Positions 49,358-59,605 of a stretch of 64,000 nt of DNA are shown here, piece by piece. Position numbers and translations under genes: made by a program. The first letter of the stretch is position 1. Every line of letters begins with the position of its first letter. This DNA comes from an uncultured Nitrospiraceae bacterium (GTDB taxonomy: Bacteria > Nitrospirota > Thermodesulfovibrionia > Thermodesulfovibrionales > Dissulfurispiraceae): NCBI GenBank assembly GCA_963727805.1, contig CAVSHF010000003.1:1760001-1824000 (forward strand), given 5' to 3'. The notes beneath the pieces were generated by a model. The model made no database searches. It had not been told where the DNA came from and saw only the letters and a list, made by a program, of their open reading frames with translations.

Positions 49358-50111
49358 CGTCGTTTCCCTCCTTATCCTTCTTCGGCCCGATCGCCACATA
49401 ATGAAGGAGCATAAGTGCAGCCGTGCCTCCGATCCCGATCCAGGAGAGGGGCTTCAGATACTTGTGCCAGAAGACGACCATTTCTGGGATAGCTGGCTTC
49501 TCATCGAGACCGTAGAGCTTTGGTGCGTCATGAAACGCATACAGCGCGCCGAGACCGCCGAGATCAGCCTGACCGTAAAGTTTGGAATAGCCGGCCTTCT
49601 GGGATTTTGCTATAAGGGCATCCCTGTCGCCATATGAGATGGCCCCCGTGGGACAGGTTTTCGCGCAGGCCGGTGCCATATTGTTTGCGATCCTATCCGC
49701 ACAAAGATTGCACTTTGACACCTTGTCATTCTTGTCATAACGCGGGACGTTGAAGGGGCAGGCAGCGGCGCAGAGCTTGCAGCCGATACACTTGTCTTTG
49801 TTGAACGCAACAGCTCCTTCCTTTGTCTTGTAAAGCGCTCCCGGTGCAGGGCATATCTTCATACAGCCCGCATCATCGCAGTGCATGCAGCGCTGGCTCA
49901 CGAAGAGCCAGCGAACGGGATTTGCCTCCGATGGCACCTCGACAAACCTTATCTTGTTATACAGGTCCGGCGTCAGATCCGCAGGGTTTTCAAAAGTCCC
50001 TCTGTTGACCGTCTTATCCCCGGGCAACTGGTTCCATGATTTGCAGGCAATCTGACAGGCCCTGCAGCCGATACATAACTCCGGAGATATAAGTAAACTC
50101 GCTCTTGCCAT
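49347..50111 (-). CDS. fdnH: Formate dehydrogenase iron-sulfur (beta) subunit
   Basis: Four Cys clusters ('CIGCRACQIAC', 'CMHC..AGC..CP', 'CIGCKLC..ACP', 'KCNLC...PAC..TCP') and a C-terminal TM anchor. Confidence 0.93.
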   Translation of the reverse strand: MARASLLISPELCIGCRACQIACKSWNQLPGDKTVNRGTFENPADLTPDLYNKIRFVEVPSEANPVRWLFVSQRCMHCDDAGCMKICPAPGALYKTKEGAVAFNKDKCIGCKLCAAACPFNVPRYDKNDKVSKCNLCADRIANNMAPACAKTCPTGAISYGDRDALIAKSQKAGYSKLYGQADLGGLGALYAFHDAPKLYGLDEKPAIPEMVVFWHKYLKPLSWIGIGGTAALMLLHYVAIGPKKDKEGNDDAK

Positions 50112-50115
50112 GGTA

Positions 50116-53100
50116 TTACCCCCTCGCCTTCTCGATGTTGACCATGAAGGCCTTCGATTCGGGTATCATCGTATTCGGATCGCCGATGGTCGGCGTGAGG
50201 AGGTTGGCACTCTCGCCTCCGCTGCCATCCACCGGGAACTGCCATCCGAAATGCCATGGCATGCCTACCTGGTGGATAGTCGTATCCATTACCTTGAATG
50301 GCTGGAACCTGTCGGTGACTATCGCGATGGCCCAAAGGCTTCCTCGGGCGGATGAAACGGTCACCTTCTCACCGTTTTTGAAGCCCTTTTCTTTCGCCAA
50401 TTCATTGCTCATCTCCACAAACATCTGCGGCTGGGCTTCGAGCAGCCACGGAACATGGCGCGTCATGACACCGGTCTGCCAATGCTCGGTTACGCGATAC
50501 GTTGTACAGACAAAAGGATATCTGGTGTCGCACGAGTAGAAGATATCCTCCTCAAGGCTGCCCTCCTTGCCGAAAAAGAGCTTCACCGTCGGATTTATCC
50601 TATGCTTCTTGGACATAGGATTCTCCTGGAGCGGGCATTCCAGCGGTTCGTAATGTTCCGGGAACGGACCATCCGCTAGGCCGGGACCAAAAATCGACCC
50701 CACTCCATCGGGCTTCATGATAAAGGGCAGTTTGCCTCCCTTCTCATCGGCCATAGGAGGGGCGGGCCCGTCAGGGACATCCCCCTCCCAAACGCCCGGC
50801 TTCTTGGTCTGGGGGTTTTCTTTTGTTGGGTTCCATTTCAGGACCGCGCGTTTAGGGTCCCACGGATTGCCATAAAGGTCGACCGAGGCCCTATTGTATA
50901 TAATCCTCCTGTTGACCGGCCAACTCCATGCCCAGTTTGAAAAGAGTCCGAGACCTGTCGGGTCTTCCCTGCCCCTGCGCGCCATCATGTTCATGATCTT
51001 GTCGTCCTTCTGGGTGTAACTGCCGCAGAAGAGCCAGTTGCCGCTGGAGGTGGAGCCATCGTCCTGGAGGCTCACAAAATTGGTCACCAGGTCTCCCTTC
51101 TTTCCGATCAGTTTCGGCGGGGTCGCTTTCTTGTCGTACACATCCTCCAGATAGTAACCGTTGATCTCTTTGGCGACAGTATGGATATCGACATGCTTGA
51201 CCTTGCCTTCCGCATTCTTCTCTCCATAGTTCCAGGAGAGGTTTACGATCGGCGCCGGGAATTTGCCACCCTCTTTTTGATAGAGCCCTTTCACCCTGAA
51301 ATAAAGCTCATTCATGATCTCCGCATCGGGCAGCGACTTTCCGATGGGCTCTATCGCCTTATACCTCCACTGTCCAAGACGCCCCGAGTTGGTAATGCTG
51401 CCTTCCTTTTCGACAGAAGAGCAGCATGGCAGCATGAAAACCTCTGTCTGGATAGACTTTGGGTCCATGCCCGGCCCTTTCCAGAATGAGCCGGTCTCAT
51501 TATCATAAAGGTTAACATTGACCATCCATTTAAGCTTGGTCATCGCCTTTCTCACCTTGTTGGCATTGGCGCCCGAACAGGCTGGGTTCTGGCCCCAGGC
51601 GAAGAAACCTTCGAACTTGCCCTTGAACATCTGGTCGAACAGATTGAGCCACGAGGCATTCATGCCCTCGTCGAGTTTCGGCATCCAGTTATAGCCGAAG
51701 TCGTTCTCCTGCTTTGCCTTGTCTCCATATATCGCTTTCAGATAACTCGCGATATACTTCGGCCTGTTGCCCCACCAGTTGACGCTCCTGGGGTCTTTCG
51801 TCTTGGCAGTAAACTTATCATTATAAGCCTTGAGGTCGACGACGGTTGCGGTCGGCACCGGGTTGTAGCCCGGCCATATGTGGAAGAGAAGACCGTGGTC
51901 AGTCGATCCTTGCACATTCGACTCTCCCCTTAATGCATTGATACCACCTCCCGGCATGCCGATGTTGCCGAGAAGGAACTGGATTATCGAAAAGGAGCGG
52001 ATGTTCTGTACGCCGACGGTATGCTGGGTCCATCCCATGGCGTAACAAACAGTGGCTGTCCTGTCCGGTTTGCCGGTCGAACCGATAGCCTTATAGACCG
52101 CTTCGATCTTTTCTTTCGGCGAACCGACGATACTTGAAACCTTGTCGAGAGTATATCGGGCATACTGTTTCCTCAGCAGCTGGAAGACGCAGTTCGGGTC
52201 CTTGAGAGATGGGTCCTTCTTCGGAAGTCCCTTCTCATCCATTTGGAAAGACCAGGTCTTCTTGTCGTACTTGCGGGTCTTTTCATCGTAGCCCGAGAAT
52301 ACGCCGTCGAGCTGCGACGAGGTCTTGAAGTCGGGATTGACCAGGAACGCGGCGTTTGTGTAATTGACGACGTATTCCCGGAAGTAAAGATTGTGATCGA
52401 TGATGTATTTGATCATGCCGCCCAAGAACGCTATGTCCGTTCCGGAACGGATCGGCGAGTAAATGTCAGCCTTTGCCGCTGTCTGGGTGAAACGGGGATC
52501 AACCACGACCAGCTTGCCACCGTTCTCCCGCGCCTTCACGATCCACTTCATTGAGACTGGATGGTTCGAGGCCGGGTTCGCTCCCATGACCAATACTACA
52601 TCGGAGTTACGAAGATCCACCCAGTGATTTGTCATTGCACCTCGTCCGAACGACTCTGCCAGAGCCGCTACAGTTGCAGAGTGTCATATGCGGGCCTGAT
52701 GCTCTATATAGACCAGCCCCCAGGAACGGACAAGCTTCTGCATGAGATAGCATTCCTCGTTATCCATTGCCGCGCTTCCAACATGGGCGATGCCGTCTGT
52801 CCTGTTGACTACGAACTCTTTTTCCACATCGACTTCGGTACCATCAGGCGTCTTCTCCTTGATCTTCGATTTGGAGGTTACCTTGAATGTCCTATCGCGA
52901 GTATCTTTGACCTTTCGGGCAATCTGGTCAAGCGCCCATTCCCATTCAACCTCTTTCCACTCCAGCGCACCCGGCGCCCTATAAAGTGGTTTGGTAAGCC
53001 TCGTCGGGTTATTGGCCATTTGGAACAGCGATGCACCTTTAGGGCAGAGAGTGCCCTCGTTGATGGGACTGTCGGGATCGCCTTCGGTGTTGACAACTTT

Positions 53101-53289
53101 GCCGTTAATCGTATGGATGAGGATGCTGCAGCCTACAGAACAATATGGGCATATAGTTGTCGTCTGCTTGGCGTTCTTTATTCTGAACTCCTGGGCAGCA
53201 ACCGCTGCAGGCGAAAGAGCTGTTCCGACGGAACCAAGGGCGAGCGTGCTTCCTGTGATCTTCAGGAAGTCTCTTCTCGAAACATCCAT
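50116..53289 (-). CDS. fdnG: Selenocysteine formate dehydrogenase alpha subunit, Tat-exported (Sec202 at TGA 52684-52686), 1057 aa
   Basis: Tat motif 'SRRDFLK'; 'CPYCSVGC'; ORFs 52684-53289 and 50116-52635 join in frame as 'HQARI*HSATVAALAESFGRGAMTNHW'. Confidence 0.96.
52649..52669 (-). promoter_or_regulatory. SECIS element of fdnG
   Basis: AGCGGCTCT-GGC-AGAGTCGTT hairpin 14 nt after the UGA. Confidence 0.8.
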
Positions 53290-53389
53290 GATTACCTCCT
53301 TTTTTTAAAAAAATCTATATTACTAGAAACGATGTCGGGTCTGTGACAATTCTTCCCAATTCCCATTTACCGAAATCCTGATAATGACG

Positions 53390-53653
53390 CGAGGGCGTTT
53401 TCTTGTGACGAGATTGCTTATCCGGTAGTAGCATTGTCCGGGCTGACATGCCAATATTATAGCACCGTCAACCCTTTTTTACAGGTCTAACCAAAAACCG
53501 CGGGTTCAACACGACTGCTGCACGCCCCCCGAACAATCCCGGATATTCGGAGGGTAGTGCAGCTGGGAGATCCTTACACGGTCGGTCACTTGCCGAGAGA
53601 CACAACGAGCAGAGGAAAGCGACAATACGCGGCTCAAGATTCGTGGCTGTCAT
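53390..53653 (-). pseudogene. mvhD-like (hydrogenase [2Fe-2S] subunit) relic
   Basis: Across three frames: 'EPRIVAFLCSLC', 'QLHYPPNIR', 'IVRGACSSRVEP', 'VDGAIILACQPGQCYY..SN....RKR'; AGGAG RBS at the ATG. Confidence 0.8.
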
Positions 53654-53910
53654 CAAGGACTCCTGCCATCTCGGCCGATAGAGCGTCGGAAGTAAAATGG
53701 CAACTGGCAATTGCCCTGCAGGGCAGGCTGCAATACAGATCCATACCTGTCGGAGAGTTCCTCGACGACTGCACCCCTGCCTGTTAATAAACGACCGTAA
53801 TTCCAGGTCAAAAAAAACGTGTACGTGGGACAAGATACCAAGTCTTTCGACAAATGCAACAGCATCAGTAAAAGAGACCTCTTCAGGACACAAGACAACC
53901 ATATCAGATA
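53654..53910 (-). pseudogene. hdrA-like C-terminal relic
   Basis: 'DMVVL...ERLGI....FF.LE', 'ICIAACPA', then frameshifted 'AI..CHFTSDALSAEM' ending at the mvhD start. Confidence 0.55.
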
Positions 53911-54099
53911 TTCATCACCCAAAGAGCCGGCTTTATCCTCGGAAGACATCCTCTTTCTGCTTTCCAGAACTTGCAATACTGAGCGATTTGACATCCCGTT
54001 CCGTACAAATCTCGATCGCCAGGGGTGCTACCTCACAGCTGCCGCATGAGGCTGTTCAGTTCATGCTCAATTCGGTTTGACTGCACATTTCGGATAATA

Positions 54100-56157
54100 T
54101 TAATCGGGATGCGGCATCAACAAAGTGCCACCACTCTCTTGGCTGTAAAACTGGTAATTATTGCGGCCCTGGTTCTTTACCCGATACATAGCAATATCCG
54201 CGTGTTTCAACAGGGTCTCGCTATCTGCTCCGTCATCGGGAAACAATGCTATACCAATACTCGAACTCACATGCAATTCATTATTGTCGATGCCCAGAGG
54301 GAATGCTTGCATCTCGATGATTCGTACCGCGATGGTTTCGGCTTCGCGCGGTAAGTCGATGTCCTGTAGGACGGCGACAAACTCATCTCCACCAAATCGC
54401 GAGAGTGTATCATTCTTGCGCAGACACAGAGCAATCTCCTTCGCCTCTTCCTTGAGAACCTCGTCGCCTACATCGTGTCCACAGAGATCATTGATCTCCT
54501 TGAAACGGTCGAGGTCAATGAACATGATGCCCGCCTTCTTTTCATTGCGACTGGCTGACGCGATAGCCTGTTGAATGCGGTCTTTCAGTAGGAAACGGTT
54601 GGGCAGGCCGGTAAGCTGGTCGTAAAATGCCATTTCGCGGATTTGTTCTTCGGACTCGACCCTCTTAGTCACGTCACTTATTACGAGCACCGCATTGGTG
54701 GTTGTCCCATAATGCGTAATCGGTGTAATCGTGAATTCGAATATCCCGTTCATCCTATCAATGCCATGAGACCAGACAACCCTCTGATTCTCCATGAGAG
54801 ACGATATGTCAGGCCAATCCCCCGGAGGTGCATCGTTACCGAATATCACCCTATAGCCGTATTGTCCCTGAACTTTTTTTGCCGACGTCCTGAACCAGTC
54901 TTCTGCTGTGCGATTCATCCTTATGATCCGCCCGTCCCTGTCGAGTGTAACCACAGCCTCTTTTACCGAGTTGAATGTGCGCTCCCATTCCTCCGCTGAA
55001 CGTTGCAGCGAACCTAGTGTTAGATTGAGCTTCTCAGCAAGACGCAGGAAGGATGCTGCGAGCAGCCCGATTTCATCTCGGGATCGAATTTTTTTCAGAA
55101 TATCCAGAGAGGAATGTGCCGGATCGTACGTCCCTTTCGTCTCCGTACTTTCAAGTTCTGCGCTAATCTGGGAAGCAACACGTTCGAACTGCTCGAGCGG
55201 CCTGGAGACGCGACGAATTGCTATAGCACCAAGGACAATAGCCAGTAATATAGCGATGCCTGAAATAAGCAATATGCGCTCACGTGCTTTTGAGACTGGT
55301 GCATAGGCTTCCTGCTGCGTTACCTGAACGGCAACAATCCAGTCGGTGTTCGCAATCCGCCTGACCGAAAGTAGCATGGGGACACCCTTTGAATTGACCG
55401 TCTCTCCCTCGCCCTCGAATCCCTTGATCGCGGCCTCCATCATCATATTCTTCCCTTCCCCGACAAATGTCAAAAGCCGGTCGTCCTCAGGGTGAAGAAC
55501 TAGCCGACGTGCCCTGTCAAAGATAAACAAGTAGCCCGTATCCCCGAATTTCTGTTTGCGATAACCGCCTAATGCTTTGTAGGAAAGAAGGTCCGTTGAG
55601 CAGGCTACAATAGCGATAAGCTGACCATGCTCATCAGTCACCGGTGACGTAAACGTAAGCACTGGCTGTCCTGTTCGCTTTGATATATAGGGCTCGCCAA
55701 CTATCCCCTTTCTCTCTTGGACGGTGCGCTGGTAGTACTGGCGGAAGGCAAATGATTGACCGCGCAATTCCGGATGAGAAGGATAATCTACTAGAAACTT
55801 TCCCTCTTTGTCGAGTATGAATATCCCGTTCTGATACTCTGGAAAGATCTCCAAGAGTTTTTTAAGATGGGATTCGACTTCATGGGATCTGCCCTCCAGA
55901 AGGGCCTTCATAGGCAGGGTAATGGCGGTGGCATGGGCATCCTTCAAACCCTCATTGATAAAGGTTTCGATGCCGTGGGCCGCAATCTTCACCTGACCAT
56001 CCACGCCTTTTAAAATAGTCTGCCTGAGCGACTCTTCGTGATAATGAAGGAAAAAAACGCTTACGGTTACAAGCACCGTGGTGACAACTGCCGTAAGCAG
56101 TAATGTTGTCTTCGTGACGAGATGCACGCCCCCCTCCCCCAAAAAAATTACTCTCAT
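54100..56157 (-). CDS. Diguanylate cyclase (Cache-HAMP-PAS-GGDEF)
   Basis: Two TM helices flanking a Cache domain; 'DQLTGLPNR', 'FIDLDRFK', I-site 'RKND', 'FGGDEF'. Confidence 0.93.
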   Translation of the reverse strand: MRVIFLGEGGVHLVTKTTLLLTAVVTTVLVTVSVFFLHYHEESLRQTILKGVDGQVKIAAHGIETFINEGLKDAHATAITLPMKALLEGRSHEVESHLKKLLEIFPEYQNGIFILDKEGKFLVDYPSHPELRGQSFAFRQYYQRTVQERKGIVGEPYISKRTGQPVLTFTSPVTDEHGQLIAIVACSTDLLSYKALGGYRKQKFGDTGYLFIFDRARRLVLHPEDDRLLTFVGEGKNMMMEAAIKGFEGEGETVNSKGVPMLLSVRRIANTDWIVAVQVTQQEAYAPVSKARERILLISGIAILLAIVLGAIAIRRVSRPLEQFERVASQISAELESTETKGTYDPAHSSLDILKKIRSRDEIGLLAASFLRLAEKLNLTLGSLQRSAEEWERTFNSVKEAVVTLDRDGRIIRMNRTAEDWFRTSAKKVQGQYGYRVIFGNDAPPGDWPDISSLMENQRVVWSHGIDRMNGIFEFTITPITHYGTTTNAVLVISDVTKRVESEEQIREMAFYDQLTGLPNRFLLKDRIQQAIASASRNEKKAGIMFIDLDRFKEINDLCGHDVGDEVLKEEAKEIALCLRKNDTLSRFGGDEFVAVLQDIDLPREAETIAVRIIEMQAFPLGIDNNELHVSSSIGIALFPDDGADSETLLKHADIAMYRVKNQGRNNYQFYSQESGGTLLMPHPD

Positions 56158-56322
56158 TTGTTATACTTTATTCCGACTCATCTCATACTTACGATCCTCT
56201 GACTATCCTCCATTATTACACATCATAAATTTCGATAGAGTAACTCATCAAGCTTCCCAGGATGCGTCAGGATCGGGTAACATGCTGCCCAGAGATATCG
56301 GCTTTTGTCACGCAAACTGAAA

Positions 56323-57645
56323 TCAGGGCGCGGTTATTCCTCGTTTCGGAATGAGGAAAGTGAAGGTGCTGCCTTTTCCATATTCGCTTGTTGCCCAAAT
56401 GCGCCCGCCATGAAGTTCAACAAGCTGTTTGCTCAGTGCGAGTCCGAGACCGGCGCCCTCAAATTTATCGGCGTAAGGAGAATTAAGCTGCGTGAACCCC
56501 TTAAAGAGATTCTTCATATCCCCAGGCCGTATTCCTATCCCCGTGTCTTCGATCGAGATCTCCACGCACTCATCAGGGATCCCTCCTGTTTCCTGAGAGA
56601 GCACCTGCGATCTAATACGGACTGAACCTCCATCCGGAGTGAATTTTACCGCGTTACTGAGGAGATTGAATACAATCTGCTTAAGCCTCAATGGATCCGC
56701 CACGATCTCGACGTCTCTGTCAGTGCCCATCTCAAGACTGAGACTGATCCCGTGAGTCATTGCCTTTTCTTTCTGCATATTTAAGGCAGCCTTGAGAATA
56801 TCAATTAAAAGCACCCGGCACAACTCTAGATTCAGCTTGCCAGCTTCCGCCTTCGAAAGATCGAGAATTTCACCAATTAGTCTGAGCAGATGCATACCGC
56901 TGTCATGAATGTAGCCCACATATTCACGCTGTCTATCATTAAGATCGCCGGCGCTATCATCTTGAAGAATCTCTGAAAATCCGATTATAGAATTAAGCGG
57001 GGTCCTCAGTTCATGACTCATGTTTGCAAGGAAGTCTGACTTTGCCCTGCTAGCAGCCTCTGCCCCTTCTTTTGAGATTTCCGCTTCTTCCGCGCGTTTG
57101 CGTTCGGCGATATCAACCACTACTGTCCGACAATAGACAGGACTAGCCTCGGTATCTTTATCAGCTACGCTCAGCAGTCGAACATTGGTGAGGGGAGCGG
57201 CATTTCTCCCGAGTCTGAGCTCGCATGTCCTGCGCTCACGTCCCTTGAAAACCTCCGACAGGTGTAAGTTGAAGATGTCCCGGTCTCTAGAATCCACATA
57301 CCCCTGGAACGGCGTAGCATTTAGAAGATTCTTATCGACACCCAGAATATGCGAGCCGACAAGATTGACCTCGCGGATTAAACCTTTTTCGTCTAGGGTG
57401 AAACAGCCAATGGGGGCGAACTGGTACAGATTAAAGTATCTGCTGCATGATTTCTCGATCTCCTCCTGTGCCCGGAGCAATTCCTGGTTTTGCATCTCCA
57501 GCTCGCCTTGGTAAGTTCTGAGTACACTAACAAGCTGACCGATGTCCTTTGAGGACAACTCCCCTAGTCGTTCTTCTAGTTCTTTCAGCTTTTCTTCTGT
57601 CTTCCCGCGAAGCTCAGAGATTTTTCCCGACTTCGAATACTCCAT
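56323..57645 (-). CDS. PAS-domain sensor histidine kinase
   Basis: '[13 protein letters not shown]', '[10 protein letters not shown]', 'DTGIG', 'GAGLGL', 'GSTF'. Confidence 0.93.
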   Translation of the reverse strand: MEYSKSGKISELRGKTEEKLKELEERLGELSSKDIGQLVSVLRTYQGELEMQNQELLRAQEEIEKSCSRYFNLYQFAPIGCFTLDEKGLIREVNLVGSHILGVDKNLLNATPFQGYVDSRDRDIFNLHLSEVFKGRERRTCELRLGRNAAPLTNVRLLSVADKDTEASPVYCRTVVVDIAERKRAEEAEISKEGAEAASRAKSDFLANMSHELRTPLNSIIGFSEILQDDSAGDLNDRQREYVGYIHDSGMHLLRLIGEILDLSKAEAGKLNLELCRVLLIDILKAALNMQKEKAMTHGISLSLEMGTDRDVEIVADPLRLKQIVFNLLSNAVKFTPDGGSVRIRSQVLSQETGGIPDECVEISIEDTGIGIRPGDMKNLFKGFTQLNSPYADKFEGAGLGLALSKQLVELHGGRIWATSEYGKGSTFTFLIPKRGITAP

Positions 57646-57754
57646 CGTTTTTGGACTCCATTATATCCAGTCTCTTCCAGAGCGAAAAATATATCTGTTT
57701 CTTGCGCTGTTTTAAAACTATCTCTCTTTTTTACCTGTCACCTCTAAATTAATT

Positions 57755-58870
57755 CTATTCCCCTGGAACGTGTAGATACTGGGCCGAACTGCCAGGCTCA
57801 ATCGACTCGAGCAACCGCAACCATGAGGAACTGATATGCTCAAACTCTTTTTTGCAGGGGATATAAACAACCTTCAAATCGGGATACTGCTCCTGCACAT
57901 ACCTCAACTGGATGACCTCTTGCCTGAGATCGAAGCCGTCACGAATGCCCCGGATGAGTGTTACATCCTGATCCTGTGCCTTCCGTTTAAGATAATCGGA
58001 TAAAAAGCCACGGAAGGCCTCGACCTGGTGGAATGGCAACTGTGTTTCGATTGCTGTGGTTCGCTCCTTCGCGATTACATCCCAACTCCGACAGTCAGTT
58101 TTTTCCGGATTCATGCCCACACTAATGATGACCTTATCGAAGATCTTCTCAGCCTGATGCAGGACGTCCATGTGGCCTATGTGGAAGGGATTATAGCTGC
58201 CTGCGTATACCCCTACATTCGGCCTTCTAGCACGTATATATTCCGTATAAGCATGCATGAGCGATACCCTCACGGCTCGTTCGCTTTTCGGGAGAAGCCA
58301 GGAATAGTTATCTGCAACGCGAACCAGAAACGCCAGCCTAGTTGCCCGGTAGACTGAATAATCGACCCACTGATATTCCCTGAATATCTTCTTTTCTTCG
58401 ATAATAAGCCTGTTCATGTCGCCTGTCAGGAACCCCTTCAGGTCCATGAGCATAAAGGTGCGAATAATGTTGGACTGCGGCTTTGTCATGACTTCGTACT
58501 TCGTCTGTACAATCCCCTCATCGACAACTGCCTTATACCGAGATGACGGCCTTACACAGGCATTAAAGAAAGCGCGCGATGCATCCTCATTGTTGGTGCC
58601 CCGCGGATTGAAAATGATATCGTGCATCAAGGCAAGAAGCACAAGAGGGGCCCTGTCAACCATGTTCTGTGCAAATATCTGTCCGATTAGGTCGTCGAGA
58701 TGGGACAGATCGTGATAATAGCGGCCCTTCTCGCTCCACCTGGCGATAATCGCCGAGATCGGAAGGCTCAGATGTGCAGAGATGATCTTCTCGATCTCTT
58801 TCATATTGGACCGGATGTTGCTGTACTGGTGGATATCCTTATTCGGCACCAGCCTACTTTTCATCTCCAA
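57755..58870 (-). CDS. Fusion of an HD-type metal-dependent phosphohydrolase and a CoaD-like adenylyltransferase
   Basis: N-terminal 'RYYHDLSH...LMHDII..P...NEDAS...REY'; C-terminal 'YAGSYNPFHIGH', 'LIRGIR', 'HISSS'. Confidence 0.85.
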   Translation of the reverse strand: MEMKSRLVPNKDIHQYSNIRSNMKEIEKIISAHLSLPISAIIARWSEKGRYYHDLSHLDDLIGQIFAQNMVDRAPLVLLALMHDIIFNPRGTNNEDASRAFFNACVRPSSRYKAVVDEGIVQTKYEVMTKPQSNIIRTFMLMDLKGFLTGDMNRLIIEEKKIFREYQWVDYSVYRATRLAFLVRVADNYSWLLPKSERAVRVSLMHAYTEYIRARRPNVGVYAGSYNPFHIGHMDVLHQAEKIFDKVIISVGMNPEKTDCRSWDVIAKERTTAIETQLPFHQVEAFRGFLSDYLKRKAQDQDVTLIRGIRDGFDLRQEVIQLRYVQEQYPDLKVVYIPCKKEFEHISSSWLRLLESIEPGSSAQYLHVPGE

Positions 58871-58890
58871 CCGTCTCCCTTTCTGTACCT

Positions 58891-59547
58891 TTACGACTTC
58901 AACTTATTGACAATATCGACGATGAATCTTGCCGTTATTCCCCATATCACTCGCTGGTCTACTTTATACACATAAATGTCATGTTTGAGGCTTCCCCAAG
59001 GTTTCGTATATTTGTCCGGCAGTCCCAGGTCCCGTGCCGGGAATAAAACTATTTCCTCGCCCGTTTTTTCGTCTGTAACAGCAGGATGAACTTTGAGGAG
59101 AGTCTGGTATTTTTCCGGTTCATTCTTTTCAAAATGCGATACCGGAACGGAAAAAACACACTCAACTTCATCCTTGTTTGCTGCAATTTCATCAAGACTG
59201 CTTATGTCGGCCACACCCACGAAGGCATGAACGATCGCACCCACTGAGGCTATCTGGGCGTCAAGCGCTCCGATAACTTTAATCTTCTCAGCCGGAATCC
59301 CCATCTCTTCACCTGTTTCCCGTATGGCCGTACGTTCGGGTGTGGAATCTCCTGGATGGCACACGCCTCCGGGGAAACATATCTCTCCGTTCTGCCTGAT
59401 ATGGGGACTTCTTTTTTGAAACACAAAATGGTATTCACCCCCCATAAAGAGGAGCAATGCCAAAACAGCGGTTGCGATATATTCGCCTTGAGTGTGTATC
59501 CCAGCATGCACTGGCAACTTGCCCTGCAACTGTTCTAACCGCGTCAT
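58891..59547 (-). CDS. Nudix hydrolase, CoA-pyrophosphatase type
   Basis: 'QKRSPHIRQNGEICFPGG', Nudix box 'AIRETGEEMGI', C-terminal 'IWGITA'. Confidence 0.88.
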   Translation of the reverse strand: MTRLEQLQGKLPVHAGIHTQGEYIATAVLALLLFMGGEYHFVFQKRSPHIRQNGEICFPGGVCHPGDSTPERTAIRETGEEMGIPAEKIKVIGALDAQIASVGAIVHAFVGVADISSLDEIAANKDEVECVFSVPVSHFEKNEPEKYQTLLKVHPAVTDEKTGEEIVLFPARDLGLPDKYTKPWGSLKHDIYVYKVDQRVIWGITARFIVDIVNKLKS

Positions 59548-59605
59548 TCAACAGCTCTCCTTTTTTGTTTCAATCTTACAAAATCGCGTCATGTGCTATT
59601 ACTCA

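Noticed and set aside
53468..54080. Several 76-144 aa ORFs as real genes
   Set aside because: They are mosaics of the frameshifted hdrA/mvhD relics or their antisense
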